From assembly GCA_050273025.1 (NCBI GenBank), contig CP158635.1:15438001-15502000 (forward strand): 64,000 nt of DNA, written 5' to 3'. The translations under genes and the position numbers were made by a program. How positions within the stretch are numbered: the stretch's first letter is position 1; each line of letters opens with the position of its first letter. The notes below the pieces were generated by a model. That model was given only the letters and a program-made list of their open reading frames with translations, was not told where the DNA came from and made no database searches. This DNA comes from Cenococcum geophilum. Lineage: Eukaryota. Below, piece by piece: positions 51,201-62,199 of this stretch.

Positions 51201-53846
51201 TTATAGTAAGCGTTCGCTAGTTACGCTCCGCGACTCCGTTCTATTTAGGTAAGTTAGCGCAAGAGAATTTAAGCTTAATGCTATAAGAGGTAAACCAGTT
51301 CTTTATAAGCCAGTTATCTAATTCGCCGTTATTAGATTAAACCCTTTTAAGAGGGCTAAGTTGCTTTTCTAACTAGGCAATATAGTTTTTAATAATGTCT
51401 TAAACGCTATAAGCCTCTTTTAACCTAAGGAAACGGACCTCCATTTATCTAGTATAGTTATTAGTAAAAGTAATAGCGTACTTAAGCCTTTAATGCCGAC
51501 TAGCGTAAGATAGATAATATTAATATAAACCAGTTCGCTTGCAGCTATAGCACGCTATTAAGGGCCGTAATTAAATAATTTATGCCTTTTTAAGATGGCA
51601 TAGGTTTTACAGTTAAATGGATTAGTAAGAAGTCCTAAACATCTTATATTTATAAAGTTTAGGTAGCTAAGTTTTTTATATTACTGCTAAGAGTTATAAT
51701 CTAAGCCTATTAGTAAGAGAGTAGTGTATAGATCGTTTGGTTTATTAAGGCGGTAAAGTCCTCTCTATATAAAGAAGTACGCTAGTTTTGTTTTGTCCCT
51801 AGTACGTAGAAAGCAGTCTGTAGTATTAATAGTTATCCTATCTCTTTGGCAGGTAGAGCTAGATATAAGGTTAATAAAGAGGTCTAGAATATAGAGCACG
51901 TTGCGGAGTTTAAGTACGTTATTACCCTACGGTAAAGATGTAACGACGTTAACGTCGCTGTACCTAGTAGCGTAGGTAATGCCGGTGGCGGAGTTAACTT
52001 TAATCTTACATCCTTAAAAGTTCTTAAAAAGCTTGCGATCCTTATAAGTATAGTATATTACTCTAGTGTTGAAATACCATCCATTTAATTGAGAATTTAC
52101 TGTGTTATAAAGTATGAGGATCCTTTTATGGTTATTTAAGAAGTCGGTTAGTTAATTGTCGCTTTAGTTAGGTAGAGGAGTTTTATTTTAGGCAAGGCGC
52201 CTTTTCTTACTCTTAGGTTTACTAGTAGATGTCTTTATAGCCCTATAGTTGCAAGTCTAGTAATTAAGTAACTTGTGAAAATTGCACCATTTTTTATTAG
52301 GTATAGCGGTAGGTGCTATATAAGATTAATTTAGGAGTGGCTGAGCGCCTAGTAACATTACGGACGGCTTATTATTAACTAGTTGATAAGCTTCCTTATA
52401 GAGTTTAAGGCTAAGGAGTTCTATAATAAGATCGTTAAGAGCAGAAGGCGTGTTCTCTTTATAACTAGGCGTAATTTTGCTATTATGGAAGTTCTAATAG
52501 TAATCACCTAAGTTATAAAGAAAGATACCAGTTATCTAAGTATCCGTTACCCTGTTTTGTATAGGCCTAGTATAAGTTAGATTTAAGCAAGGTATTTCCT
52601 TAAAAAGTTGCTTTATCTGTTTAGCAGCAGCTTTATATTTAGTGTAATATTCTTTAAGGGAGTTACCTAAATGCGTGTTAATAAGCGCCTTAAGTCTAAG
52701 GTGGTAAGAGACCTAGCCGACTTTTATATATAGTCCCTTAAGTATTTCCTAGGCATACTTCGCCGTTTGGTTTTTAATATATAATTAGAGTTTAAGGCTA
52801 ACCGATTCGTATATTAACTAGAAGGCTTAAGATTCCCTAAGAGTATACTTTTCTTTATCTTTTAAAGAGGCGTTATTGGCTGGAGTAGTTGCTTCGCCGG
52901 TAATATACTTCCAGAGCACTCTTAAATAAAGCTTATAGCGTTTTTTAGTAGACTATAAGAGGTAGTTGTTTTGGCCTTTAAGGATAATGCTAAGACGTTT
53001 CTTATTGGTAGGAGTTTCTAATATAGTAAAAGAGACAATTAGTATATGGGTTAAGAGATAAGGATAAAGTGGTAATAATCCTCTTTAAGGATGAAGACTT
53101 TCTAATAGTTATAGCTTATCCGTCTTAGTATAGTCGTTATCCAATTAACCACTAGGAAGAAGGCCGTTGGAAGTTAACGTGAATATAAAGGGGTCGCTAA
53201 GGCGCTAGTAGTAAGCAAGCTAATAGCGATTTTCTATCCTGGGGATGGAAAATCCTAATTGGTTAGTATAAGTCAGGGTCCGCAAAATATAGCAGAGTTT
53301 AGCAGGTGACGCGCCCTAGCGCTGTTATAATTTGGTGTTAGTTAACTACTAATAAGTATCCTTTGAGTTATTGCAATCGATGGGCCTTTTTTAGGGTGTA
53401 TTAGATGCCCTATAGCTTAAAGACTTGTAAAGCGGATAGCTTATAAGGCAGGTAGCTCGTAAGGCAGACAGCTCGTGAGGTAGCTCGTAAGGTAAGTTGC
53501 TTATGAGGCTGGTAGCTTATAAGAACGAGGCTTAAGCTTATAAAAGCTAAGGAGCAAGTAATGTACGTTAAAAGGAGTTAAGGTTTAAACGTGTTTTTTG
53601 TACTAATTCAAGTCTTAAGGTATAAGGACGCTAGAGGGCGTGTTTAACTCAAAAAACTAATAATAAAAAGGCGTGAATTGCGTTAAGCAGACCGGGCTTA
53701 TAACCTGTTGAACGCGCAGGTTAAGGCAAGCGTGATTGCAGAATATCAAGTGTAAGAAGTGGTTGATTAAACTATCTGAGTAGGAGGTTGAGATAAAAGG
53801 TTGACGACAACCGAGTCACGTGATATAATATCGGGTGAAAATAACA
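48238..53846 (-). mobile_element. Copia/Ty1 element B, full-length, RIP-inactivated
   Basis: 141-bp LTRs 48238-48378 and 53706-53846; TSD TATTA. PBS GGTTATAAGCCC and PPT AAGGGGGAG on minus. Motifs GLYGLKQSP, VYVNNI (=YVDD) and ADALTKP. Confidence 0.93.
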
Positions 53847-54701
53847 TATTATGCATAGATCCACCCCAGGAAGGGGCGGAGACTACATTGAATTTGAATC
53901 ATTAAGTCGGAACGACAGGCAGAGGCTTGGCAGAAGGCCTATTCAGCAGTATGGCCATAGTCGACGACTTGGGCGACAGCAATTAGGACGACTGGTTCCT
54001 TGATTTCTGCTCCAATATTACGATAAGTAATGAATAAAGTTAGTTTATTAAATATTACCACCTCACGAAATAGGAACGTTAGGGGGGACTATCCACTATG
54101 CGATTGGTAAAGGGACGGTACATATGCCCCTACTGATGGACGACGGTAACACCTGTATGGTAGCTACTGAGGCCTACTATACACCCAAATTACCCTATAA
54201 GCTCCTATCGGAGTCGTCCCTTGAGAAGCGCAAGAAGCTCTACATTGGGCCTGATAAGGAAACAGGTGGCCGTACGGTTCGACGGTACTCCGACGATTTG
54301 GTGGTGGGCAGAGCGACTTGCAAGAACGGCTTATATGTCGTTCGACAGGCTTCAAAGCCTCAATATATTGCGCACGCCTCGACGGCAAAGCGCCAATTCT
54401 CTCGAACTGCACCTACTACGAAGGAGGCAGCACGGCAATCAGCTGCCAATTCTCTCCTCGTAGGCAGGGAGAGCATAATACCAACGATCGCGAAAGGCGA
54501 CGATCAGGACGACGTCGATTCTAATGACAGAGGCGTCTATCAAATTGACCAACAGCTTGAGGGGGGTGTGGAGACAGAGGCTGCTCAACCAAAGAAGGTC
54601 TCTTATACGACAGTCGCATGCTCGTCTTACGCACATATACAGCCGACTCCTCCGGAGCCTCATCCAAAAGCTCCGTACAAGATCAAGATACCGCGAAGGT
54701 C

Positions 54702-57700
54702 CGGAGCGTCTCCGGGCACATTCATCCTTACCTCAGCGAGCTCAGACGTGATTTTTTAGCTAGCGTCGGAATAACCTACGCCGTCTTCCGAGTTGCAAAA
54801 TCACGTCTGAGAGGCTTTGGCGAGTTTTGTTAAAAGCATAAGCAAAAATCTTAGTTTTAGCAATTTTGTACGGGGATTTCCTCTACAACATAATAAAATA
54901 AAGGTTTCAAAAGTTCATAGATATATCTTAGGTAGCTACTTTATATACTAACAGCTTTAGAATTATAATATCCCCTCCTGAATCTGAGATTAATTTCGTT
55001 AAAGTTAAAATTCCCGTTGTTAAAAGCATAAGCACCTTTACGTACCCTTATATACGGGCCCACGTAAGGTATAAAAAGCCTAAAATCTCATAATTTATAG
55101 AGCTAGATCTCCTGAGTAATTTAATATAATTTTTACCTTAGAATACGTTGTGGGGAGATTAATTAATTTTGTTGGGGTTTATAAGTTTTCCTTACAAAAA
55201 AAGCTTATGCTTCCATACAAATCTCGCCAAAGTCCCTCAGACCAAGAAATCGATCAAATATCCGAAGGAGTTTAGCGCGCCAGCGCAATCGATTTCTTAG
55301 TATGAGTCCACTGAGGTAACATTCATCCCACACATTCAAGATTAGTAAGCGCTTACTAAGTCCCGCACGGGCCGCTATCGCGAACTTGATTTGAATAACA
55401 AAGCACTATTTACATATGTAATACTCCAATATTCGGCCGTCTATTTCAATAGGATCTTTTCCCTTTTTATTACCACGCGTTCGCTTGGCCTGAGGGGACC
55501 TAATAGCAAGTATGCTAGCTTTATAAGCCTTATGCGCGTCTACAGAAGCTCCCTATCACGGTCGCTTTAATTTTAACGGAATAACAATCTCTTTTGGCTT
55601 GGTATTACTAGGACCCTCATCAGTATCACTTAAGATTAATATAAAATTACCACGGGCTAATTAAGTATAGGTCCTTCGAGCTCTAGTACGCGCCGCTCTA
55701 CCAGATTAATGGAGTAGGAGAGGTGGCGGCTCTTAATAATTATTAGATGCCGAATAGTTCGCGATAGGCTCCTTCTCACTAATATTTTGGTAAGGGTCGT
55801 CCAATATAGTACCTTGGAGTACTTCCGCGTTATTAAGCCACAAGTTATCGTCCTCCCCTGCTTCTAAAATAACCACCTTATCCTCCAACCCCCCTAAAAC
55901 TTCGTTATACAGCACCGACGGCTTATTAAACGGTTGCTCCTTATCCTCCTTAATATCCTTATCCACTTTATTAGCCGGTTCTTTGTTTTAAATTAGAAAA
56001 TAGCTAAGATCTATACTACCGCTTAGTTAAGTAGGTCCAGACTCTACCTTTTCCTTCTACTTCTAGGCCTCCTCCTGCCTTTCCTTTTAGAGCTCTTGCT
56101 CGGCTACATCGGCAGCACGTTCAGCAATCTTAGTACTTATTTTGCCCCGCTAGTTAGCCTTACCGTGCTTCTTTTTAGGTAGTGGCTGCTAGCGAGCCTT
56201 TTAAGGAACCTCAAATGGAGCGCCCTTAGGTAGTAATTGAAGCTCTACCTATCTAATTAAAATAGCCATTTAGGCTACCTTAAAGTCTTTAAATTTATTA
56301 GTAAGCTCGCCTATTTCTTTAGTAGGAAGGTCCTTAATAATATTAAGGAGGCGGAGAACTAATAGCCGGATCCTAGTAAGAGCTTCCGGGTGCCCTAGCA
56401 GAGGGTTACCCTAAAACGCCATATTCTTAATATATTGCGGCTGCTAATCTAGAGCGGCAATTAGCTTTATTGCGATATACCAGCGAGGGTAGATTAAAGC
56501 CGGTGATATAGGAAGCCTCTATATTAAGCACTAAATAAGCATATAATAACAGGGGAGGCCATATCAGTAGGGGTCCTCATAGTTGCAGTTATCTTACTTC
56601 CACTCCTAATTGGCCTACTCCTGCTTTTCCTTATTCGTTAAAGCTCTTACGCCATATATAAAGTTAAAGATTCGCTAAAGCGCGTAGTGTGTTACTACAC
56701 CGTTAACCTACGCGAAGTAGTGTTAAAAGAGGTCTAGGGTAATAATTCGGGGGAGGGACATTTCGGATGTATATTTGGATTTAATTAACTCCTTACACAA
56801 TATCGAAATCCACCTCTTTAGCTCAATTATGGTATCCTTAAGGCTTAATTAATAATTAGTAAAGCATTTTAATTCTCTATTAATACCCTCGCCTTATTAG
56901 CTTGCTGCTATACCTAAATTTAGAAGGTATCTAGTGAGGGAGTAAGCGGTTAAGGAAAAGTTAATGTTAAAATAAGGTTTTTAAGCCGGGGAACAGAATA
57001 TCACCATAAGATATTTAGATGAGCTTTACTATAGGCCGGCCTATAGTAAAGCTTATCTAAATACCTTATAGCGACATTCTATTCCCTAGCTTACTAAAAC
57101 TTACCTAATATAATAGGTAATTATCTAGCTCTCCTTTTTAACGTATATAGTCTAAAATTATACCTTATTGCATGGGTGTAGCTTGTCTAAGACTGCCTTT
57201 TAATTAGCTTTAAGCTCTACTACCGTTTTAGATTTTAGGTAGGGCTAAAATAGTTCCTTTACTGCCTTCCTTTCTTCTACTAAGTAGCCATGCGGCCTTT
57301 TAGCCTTTGTCTAGATCCCCTTATTAATCCACTTCTTTATTGCCTTTACGGCGTGCCACTAGCAGTACTGGAGAACGACTATAATTAACTGCCCTACTAA
57401 TAAGGCGGCTGCAAGGCCCTTACCAAAATTAGTAATAATAACTTTAGGTGGCCGTTTCCAAAGTTTCTGCTAAGCAGACTCCAGTAAAAAGGTCCAATCT
57501 GGCTAAGACTTGCTTTTAATAAACAATTGCATTACTAGAAAAGAGGACCCTATATTAATAATGCTAGTAATAATAGCTAATAAGAGCTTAGATCGATTGG
57601 TATTAAATATAGCATCTATTTAGTAGCCAAAGTCGGTAATAAATCTTTATGCCAAATCTACCTAGATAGGAAGCCAGAATATAAGCTGCTAGAGACTCCG

Positions 57701-59283
57701 GGTAATTAGATAACCTAATTCTAGATTAATTATATAGGTATATTAAGACCGGTACTTAAATCTATGCTAGTAGAGAAGCAGCTCAAGCGCGCCAAGCGCT
57801 CGCGGCTGGCCCTTAGCTCCACTAGGAAGGCCGCTTAACGATCGCGTTAAGCTATAGTATTTCTTCTTGCTTATATATAACTCTCGGGCAGAAAGCTGAC
57901 GCTATGTAGTAAGATAGGTCTCCCGAGTTGCCCTAAGAGCGTAGGCTTCTACGGCTGCCTCTTTAGCCTTTGGTAGTTGATCCTGGTGGCCAATATAAGT
58001 AAGGGGATTTGCGATAAAGTCGTGTTCTAGAGCCTCTGGAGTATCTAGATTAGAGTACTTAGCACGCGTAATAGTTGCCACCTATCCTTTAATATTACCT
58101 ATATAGCTAGGAAGCTTCTTCTAGGCCACCCAAATATACTAGCCGCAGTTCTTTTAGTATACCTTAGTAGCCTCTCACTGCTAGTTGCTATTTTTACCGC
58201 AGAAGTTGTCTAACTTGCGGTAATTCTAGGTATACTTACTATAGTATTTACAGCTAAAGACACGGTGCGGCCGTAGAGTGGTTTTATTATCTAAGGACAG
58301 TATAATAATAAAGAAGCCTTTGCTAAAGGCGTAGTCCTAGTATTAATTAAACGCGGCGTTAGGATCCTTAAAGGTCTCACTATTATATAGCTCTAAAAGG
58401 TGGTGGGCGGGCATAAAGTTAACTACCTTTTTTACTATTGGAGCCAGGTCTAGGTGCAAACGGTAGTTTAGCTGCCACTCTGGATATTAGATCTTAACTT
58501 CTAGTAACGGCAATTAAAGCTATAGCGGAAAAGGATTATTTATATTGTGTACTAAAGGAGTAGAAGCAGCACAATATTTATAACTAATAGGGGTTGGAGT
58601 TCTAGGAGGGGGTAGAGGAGAGAATAACTCCTACGTAGAGGCCTGCGCCAAGCTCTCTATACCTATATACTATAGCCGGCGAAGCTAAGATAGAGTTAAT
58701 AGAGCCTAAGAAATCTTATACTAAGCAGCTGGAGCAACCTAGTAAAGGGGGGGTAGGGTATTAAGGACTTTAATAGGGTTGCTCTGGCGATTACTAGATT
58801 TTCGTACCGGAGCAGCAGAGGCAGTCTAGGCAGTATAGGCAGTATAGGCAGTAGGGCAATACTGTAGGAGCTTATTAAGGTTAGGAAGAGTTAAATCGAT
58901 ATTAAACAAAGAGCTATCGGCCATGCTATATAGTAGGAAGTTAATATAGGCTTTGCAAGGTATAGATTTGGAGCAACTTTGTAGTAGAAAACTTCCAGAA
59001 ACTTGCTATTAAAGTCGTCCGACTTTGGCGTTATATCTTAAACCTAGCACTAATGTTTACTTTATAAGCTGTTTAGGGCTTTTAGTCTATATAATACGCT
59101 ATTAATTCCGCGCCCCGAACTAGTCTATTTACCATATAGTTGTATAGATATTCTATAATGTAAATTACGGTAAGGATATGCTTTTTTAAAGTTCTTCAGC
59201 CACCCCAATAGCGGCCCGTGCGGGACTTAGTAAGCGCTTACTAATCTTAAATATATAGGATGAATGTGCCCGGAGACGCTCCG
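54702..59283 (-). mobile_element. Mutator-like (MULE) DNA transposon, RIP-degraded
   Basis: ~75-bp TIRs starting CGGAGCGTCTCCGGGCACATTCATCC. 9-bp TSD GCGAAGGTC/GCAAAGGTC. Minus-strand MULE motifs DAIFNTNR, PKVIITNFGKGL and LQYC*WH. Confidence 0.88.
54728..55319. mobile_element. 592-bp MITE inserted in the left TIR of the MULE
   Basis: TIR TTACCTCAG/CTGAGGTAA and 9-bp TSD CATTCATCC (54719-54727 / 55320-55328). Removing it restores the MULE TIR. Confidence 0.88.
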
Positions 59284-59415
59284 GCAAAGGTCAAAGAAGC
59301 CTCTACAGTCACCAGAGGCTCCTCACTGGCGGCAGATACTAACTATTAAGACGACTTAACACAAGAAGGTCAAGACGCATCAATTCGTCAAAAGACTAAA
59401 GGACCACTATGCGGA

Positions 59416-61944
59416 CAGGGTGGTTTTAGATAATGCGAATAAGCGAGTATAAAATATCCTTTATTTAATAGAATATGCATAAATATCGCAATCGATAAGG
59501 ATAAAAGTGCCCTGTGCGGAGCTTTTCTACCCCAACCAGGTAGAATAGGACTCGGTTCTAGCAGAATTTAGCAGATACTGCAGATATTGCGGATATTACG
59601 GATATTGCGGATATTGCAGATATTATAGATATTGCGGATATCGCAGATATTGCAGATATTGCGGATATCGCAGATATTGCGGATACTGCGGATATTGCGG
59701 ATATTATAGATAGGCGTAGGGTATTATAGGGTCCCTATCTACCTTTCCCCCCTAACTATATAATAGCTATATACTTAAAGAAAAATTACCTATTTCTCTT
59801 ATAGTTCTTCTCTAATGCCAATTCTTTAAACACTTTATTTTCTTAAGAGTTTCAGGATCTATCTGTATTCTCTCCTATAATACCGTACAACGTCCTTCTA
59901 AAAAAACTCTTTCTGGCTTATTACTTATTGCTAGAATTAAGAGAATTTCGATTGCCATAAGCGAGAGCCGTAGCTAGCGTTTTCGTTGCTGTTCTTAAGA
60001 CTACTACTAAAGTATAGTTGTTGAAATCTTATATAGTGTCTTAGAGATAAAGTCCTTATACTTATTCTAACTTTTTAGTTAAAATATTATACTATTAAGA
60101 TCCTCGGCAATCTTATTAAACTTGTTAAGGTCTTAAGCTAGAGCTAGCTTTTTGTATAATAATATACTTCTAGGTATAAAACTCCTATTCCAATATCTTT
60201 TCTAAAGCTTTTTAACGCTATTAAGTATAGGCTTACGCCACTCCTTCTTCTAAACCTACTTAATATATCTTATATAACGGGCTAGATAAAGAATAAGTGC
60301 AGCGGTGTAAAGGGGTAAGTTATCTATTTTATAGTAATACCTATTAAAGGTATTCTAAGCATTTTTAATGCGTTTAGAGAACTCCTTATTAGATATATAC
60401 TTCTTCTATTATATATTAGCTAGGAAATAAAGAGGGGAGAGAGACTAACCTAGAATTTATTAAGGTATTTAATTATAACGTCTATTATAAAAAGCATATT
60501 CTTAAGTATTGCTTTGTGTCCCTAGCATTTTAGGGTTGCCTAGTAGAATATCTAAAGAAAGCTTTTTATTATATAAAGCGCCTCCTAGTCCTTTAGACTA
60601 AGATAGTCCTTTTTAAGCATATTAAGGTTACGCTTAGTATATATATTAAGGGCAGACTCTTTCTAAATTACTACGCTAAGTATAAAATACTAGCTATTTT
60701 ATCTTATATAATTATTAAGCGGAATTCTTCTCCCTATAAGACTTTTAAACTCCCTTATATAACTAGCTAAGCTGCGGGTATATATAGTAATATTATAAAG
60801 CTTTCCAAGTATACTAAGTTTTTAAAATAAATTACTTTTCTCTTTCTTTTTTTTTATAGATCTAGCTCTTTTTTTCTTTATATAACTTAATATCATTAAG
60901 ACTAATTAAGTTTTTAAAGAGGAAAGCCTATACGGTAAGGTTAAGAATATAACCCTAATAGCGGATCCGTTAGTAAACGGGATTCTATTTAATTTCTTCT
61001 TTTTAGAGAAGCTAGTTGCTTATTATATAATAGAGCTTATTATTTATAATATGGTTATTAGATATAACGGCACCTAGCTTTTATATAATCCCGTAGTTCT
61101 TAAGCACTAAAAGAAGAGTATTCTATTGCTCGTCCCCACTATAAGAGGCTACCGTATAAAGGCTAAGAAGAGCGTTTATAAGCTTTTTCTAGCTATTAAT
61201 AAAATAGCCGTAAATTATAAGAAGGTAATTATTTAGAAAGGTCTAGATATTAACGGAGAGATAAATACTTATTAGTGCAGACTATAGCCTCTTTTATATA
61301 ATATTCTTTTATAATAGCTATAAGTTATAGATCTTTTTACTAACTGCTAAATAGGCTATAGTTATATAGCCGTCTACTTTAGGATTAATTAACTATAAAA
61401 GAATATAGAACTCTAGCTACTTAACTATCTAAAATAGTAAGTTTTATATAACAATTAATGTAATAAAGGCCTTATTAATAACTTCCTTATTTAGGACCGC
61501 TTAGAGTACTTCTAAATCTAGCTCTTCTATCTTATTTTAAGATAACACTTTAAGGTAAAGGTCTTTTAATTAATTCTATATTACTTCTTTTATATAACTA
61601 GTTTTAGGCTTAACTGTAATACTATACTTTAACACCAAGTAATTTCGGAAGTTGAAAGTTAACTATGCAGTATATAACTCTATATAGTATTTACAATAGA
61701 ATAAAAGATAGGCTTTTTTATTTTATACGGGCTTATTACTGCCTAGTAGACGGGTATGCTCCTATATTAAAAAAGCTAAGCGACCTCTTATATTTTTTAA
61801 TTTAGAGGTATTAATAGAGTTAAGAGCTTCTAATTCCACTTCTAAAGCCATATTTTGTATAATAATAAAGAAGAAAAAGGCGACGAAAATTTATTTGGGG
61901 TATGCCAAGACTTATCGCGATAAGATTTATCTAAAACCACCCTG
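59416..61944 (-). mobile_element. hAT DNA transposon (second family), RIP-degraded
   Basis: 18-bp TIR CAGGGTGGTTTTAGATAA and 8-bp TSD TATGCGGA. Minus-strand remnant PLYTAALILYLAR resembles hAT 'YxAAxILHP'. Confidence 0.88.
59571..59711. repeat. 9-bp tandem repeat (GCRGATAYY) in the hAT subterminal region
   Basis: About 15 tandem copies are seen directly. Confidence 0.9.
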
Positions 61945-62199
61945 TATGCGGATATTAAGCTCCGCAAGGATATTGAACGGGGTAGGATTAAACTACACCA
62001 TATACCGAGCATGGATCAACCAGCAGAAGGCTTGACGAAAGCTCACTAAAGGACGCCTATAAGGCGATCAAAGAAGGTGTCGGGGCCACTAAAGTCACCT
62101 AGGCCACCTGGGTCACCTAGTCCTAATTAGGAAATCATACTACGACCGGCGGAACCTCGGAATTGGTGCCAATCGACTCAGTTTAAAATTTCAAAAGCT

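Larger units (their letters stand above)
47052..62160 (+). mobile_element. Copia/Ty1 element A, internally deleted, split by at least three insertions; 3' LTR not in window
   Basis: 5' LTR 47052-47220 is followed by the fungal Copia PBS GGTTATGAGCCC. Gag (VPILKGESNYEEW; CLYCNGKH), protease (DWFLDFCSN ~53995), NGLYVV and RNase H end (IKLHHIPSMDQPAEGLTKA ~61990-62045) are present. Own segments: 47052-48237, 53852-54701, 59293-59415, 61953-~62160. Confidence 0.82.

Noticed and set aside
54701..54704. 4-bp CCGG target duplication for the 54.7-59.3 kb element
   Set aside because: A 9-bp TSD with one transition (GCGAAGGTC/GCAAAGGTC) fits the MULE transposase better.
27568..59711. Tandem arrays at ~27.6 kb and ~59.6 kb as CRISPR-like arrays
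   Set aside because: There are no unique spacers or cas genes; these are minisatellites in eukaryotic TEs.
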